Part shown: positions 62,749 to 64,000 of the stretch, in pieces
How the letters are laid out: every line of letters begins with the position of its first letter
Numbering within the stretch: the stretch's first letter is position 1
Source of the DNA: Adineta vaga
Lineage: Eukaryota > Animalia > Rotifera
NCBI GenBank assembly: GCA_021613535.1
Contig: CP075493.1
Location: 16,988,001 to 17,052,000, forward strand
Direction: 5' to 3'
DNA: 64,000 bases
The notes under the pieces: generated by a model
Told to the model about the DNA's origin: nothing
Databases searched by the model: none
Seen by the model: the letters and a program-made list of their open reading frames with translations, nothing else
Position numbers and translations under genes: made by a program

Positions 62749-62826
62749 CATGAGGGTGTGGGTGTGGGTGTGGGATGAACACTAGCTAATCATCTACACC
62801 CACACCCCGGTGTCCTCATAAGATGT
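62749..62826. repeat. Telomere-like inverted-repeat cassette
   Basis: CATGAGGG(TGTGGG)3-ATGAACACTAGCTAATCAT-CTACACCCACACCCC...CCTCATAAGATGT. Confidence 0.88.
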
Positions 62827-62829
62827 GTA

Positions 62830-63600
62830 TCATGTTTTAACATACGCCTTGTCAGAACAATGTCAATAAAAAAGTTATCAGCTATCACGATTCAATACCA
62901 TCGCTGAAGATCATTCAATACATACATCACTATAGTTTGAGCATGGCCAAGACTTGCCATGGAATCTTGTTGATCGATGTTGATTATATAATTCCAGATG
63001 TATCCATTGATAGCCGCCAGCTCATAAACTTTGACGCTTCACTTGCGCGCTTTTTCAAGAATATATTGTTTGAACGAAAGCCTAGCTTGGTTCGAATTTT
63101 TGTTGCTGTTTCTCGAAAAATGCCAAAACTTGAGGAGCAACTCAAATTTCTCTCTCGACATAGAATTTTGAATGATCTCTGATATGTGCAACTGACTGCT
63201 ACTCTAGCAATGGCTCAGTTTCGGCATTTGTACCAACTCTATCTGAATAATAATTTCAAGAAACTCGAGCATCTCTTGATCAGTGATTGATGTTTTCATT
63301 GACTCTGTTGGGCCTTTCAACAGGACTTAATATGTCATATCATACGGTCTCTCAGCTGTTAAAACATTTGTTCAAACCAAATTGGCACTTAACCTTCTTT
63401 TTTAAACTTTCGTTTTAATTATCTCAGTAGAATTAATAGTGAAATTCGTCATTTTTATGGACATTTTGTATTCGAACGGAAGGTCATGATCAAATTTTGA
63501 AAACTGATGGTTTCAGTTCAGTCTCGATACTTTAATCTCACATGTGGATGACTCTTTTTGATGCTCCGTTCGTGAGATCATGTTCTTTAAAAATCACAAA
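62830..63600 (-). mobile_element. piggyBac transposase relic
   Basis: Minus-strand fragments ITDQEMLEFLEIIIQIELVQMPKLSHC*SS, NSMSREKFELLLKFWHFS, RLSFKQYILEKARK*SVKVYELAAINGYIWNYII and ..ADNFF resemble conserved piggyBac DDD-domain blocks. Stops and deletions present. Confidence 0.75.
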
Positions 63601-64000
63601 TTTAGATGCATATGGACGATAGAAACAAATAAAGAAAACAAAAAACTCGCGACGAACTACTAAAGAGTGCCTTCGCACCGAAAAATCGGAAAGTTCCGCT
63701 CTCTTATCTTATATGTACTATCCGCATGATGTGAAAGAACGCAAAAGTAATTTCAGGAATTTCTCATATGATCGCTAAAAATCACTTATTATGTGATGTA
63801 ACAAAGAAGAGAACAATGAATAAACAGCGGGAGACAATAAAAAAAAAGTCACTAAGTGCATTTGTTAGAAGTTATTTCTTTACAAAAAATGAATATTTCG
63901 AAGAAGTTTCGAAGAAAACTGAACCATGATGTATGGGTTAATGTTGTTTTAACGTAAAGTTTAAAGTTCATCCAAATTTAAACAACATTGATCAATACAA

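Noticed and set aside
22389-62826. Reading the cassette family as a CRISPR array
   Set aside because: Copies are kilobases apart, each is an inverted pair around one spacer and not a direct repeat-spacer series, and no cas-like genes are present in this eukaryotic DNA.

Overview
AT-rich eukaryotic DNA with many short (~50-60 bp) GT-AG introns. Gene content (NHL-repeat, ART-TPR, FG-GAP, LamG and orphan 7TM proteins, intronless glycosidases) and TGTGGG telomere-type repeats point to a bdelloid rotifer (inference). The window holds the 3' end of a Helitron inserted in a hAT-like transposon, a large type II membrane gene with ~19 one-repeat-per-exon Cys-rich modules and LamG domains, about a dozen intact-looking secreted, defence or carbohydrate-active genes, many decayed genes, and several DNA-transposon relics. 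The main unexplained structure is a dispersed family of ~50-105 bp palindromic cassettes with the approximate form (CA)TCTTGAG-GGTGTGGGTGTGGG-[different spacer in each copy]-CCCACACCCACACC-CTCAAGAT(G). About 12 two-armed copies and several half copies sit between genes, often just past 3' ends or where unrelated gene fragments break off. A minimal hammerhead ribozyme lies next to one copy. All gene models and homology calls were made by eye from motifs; no database search was run.
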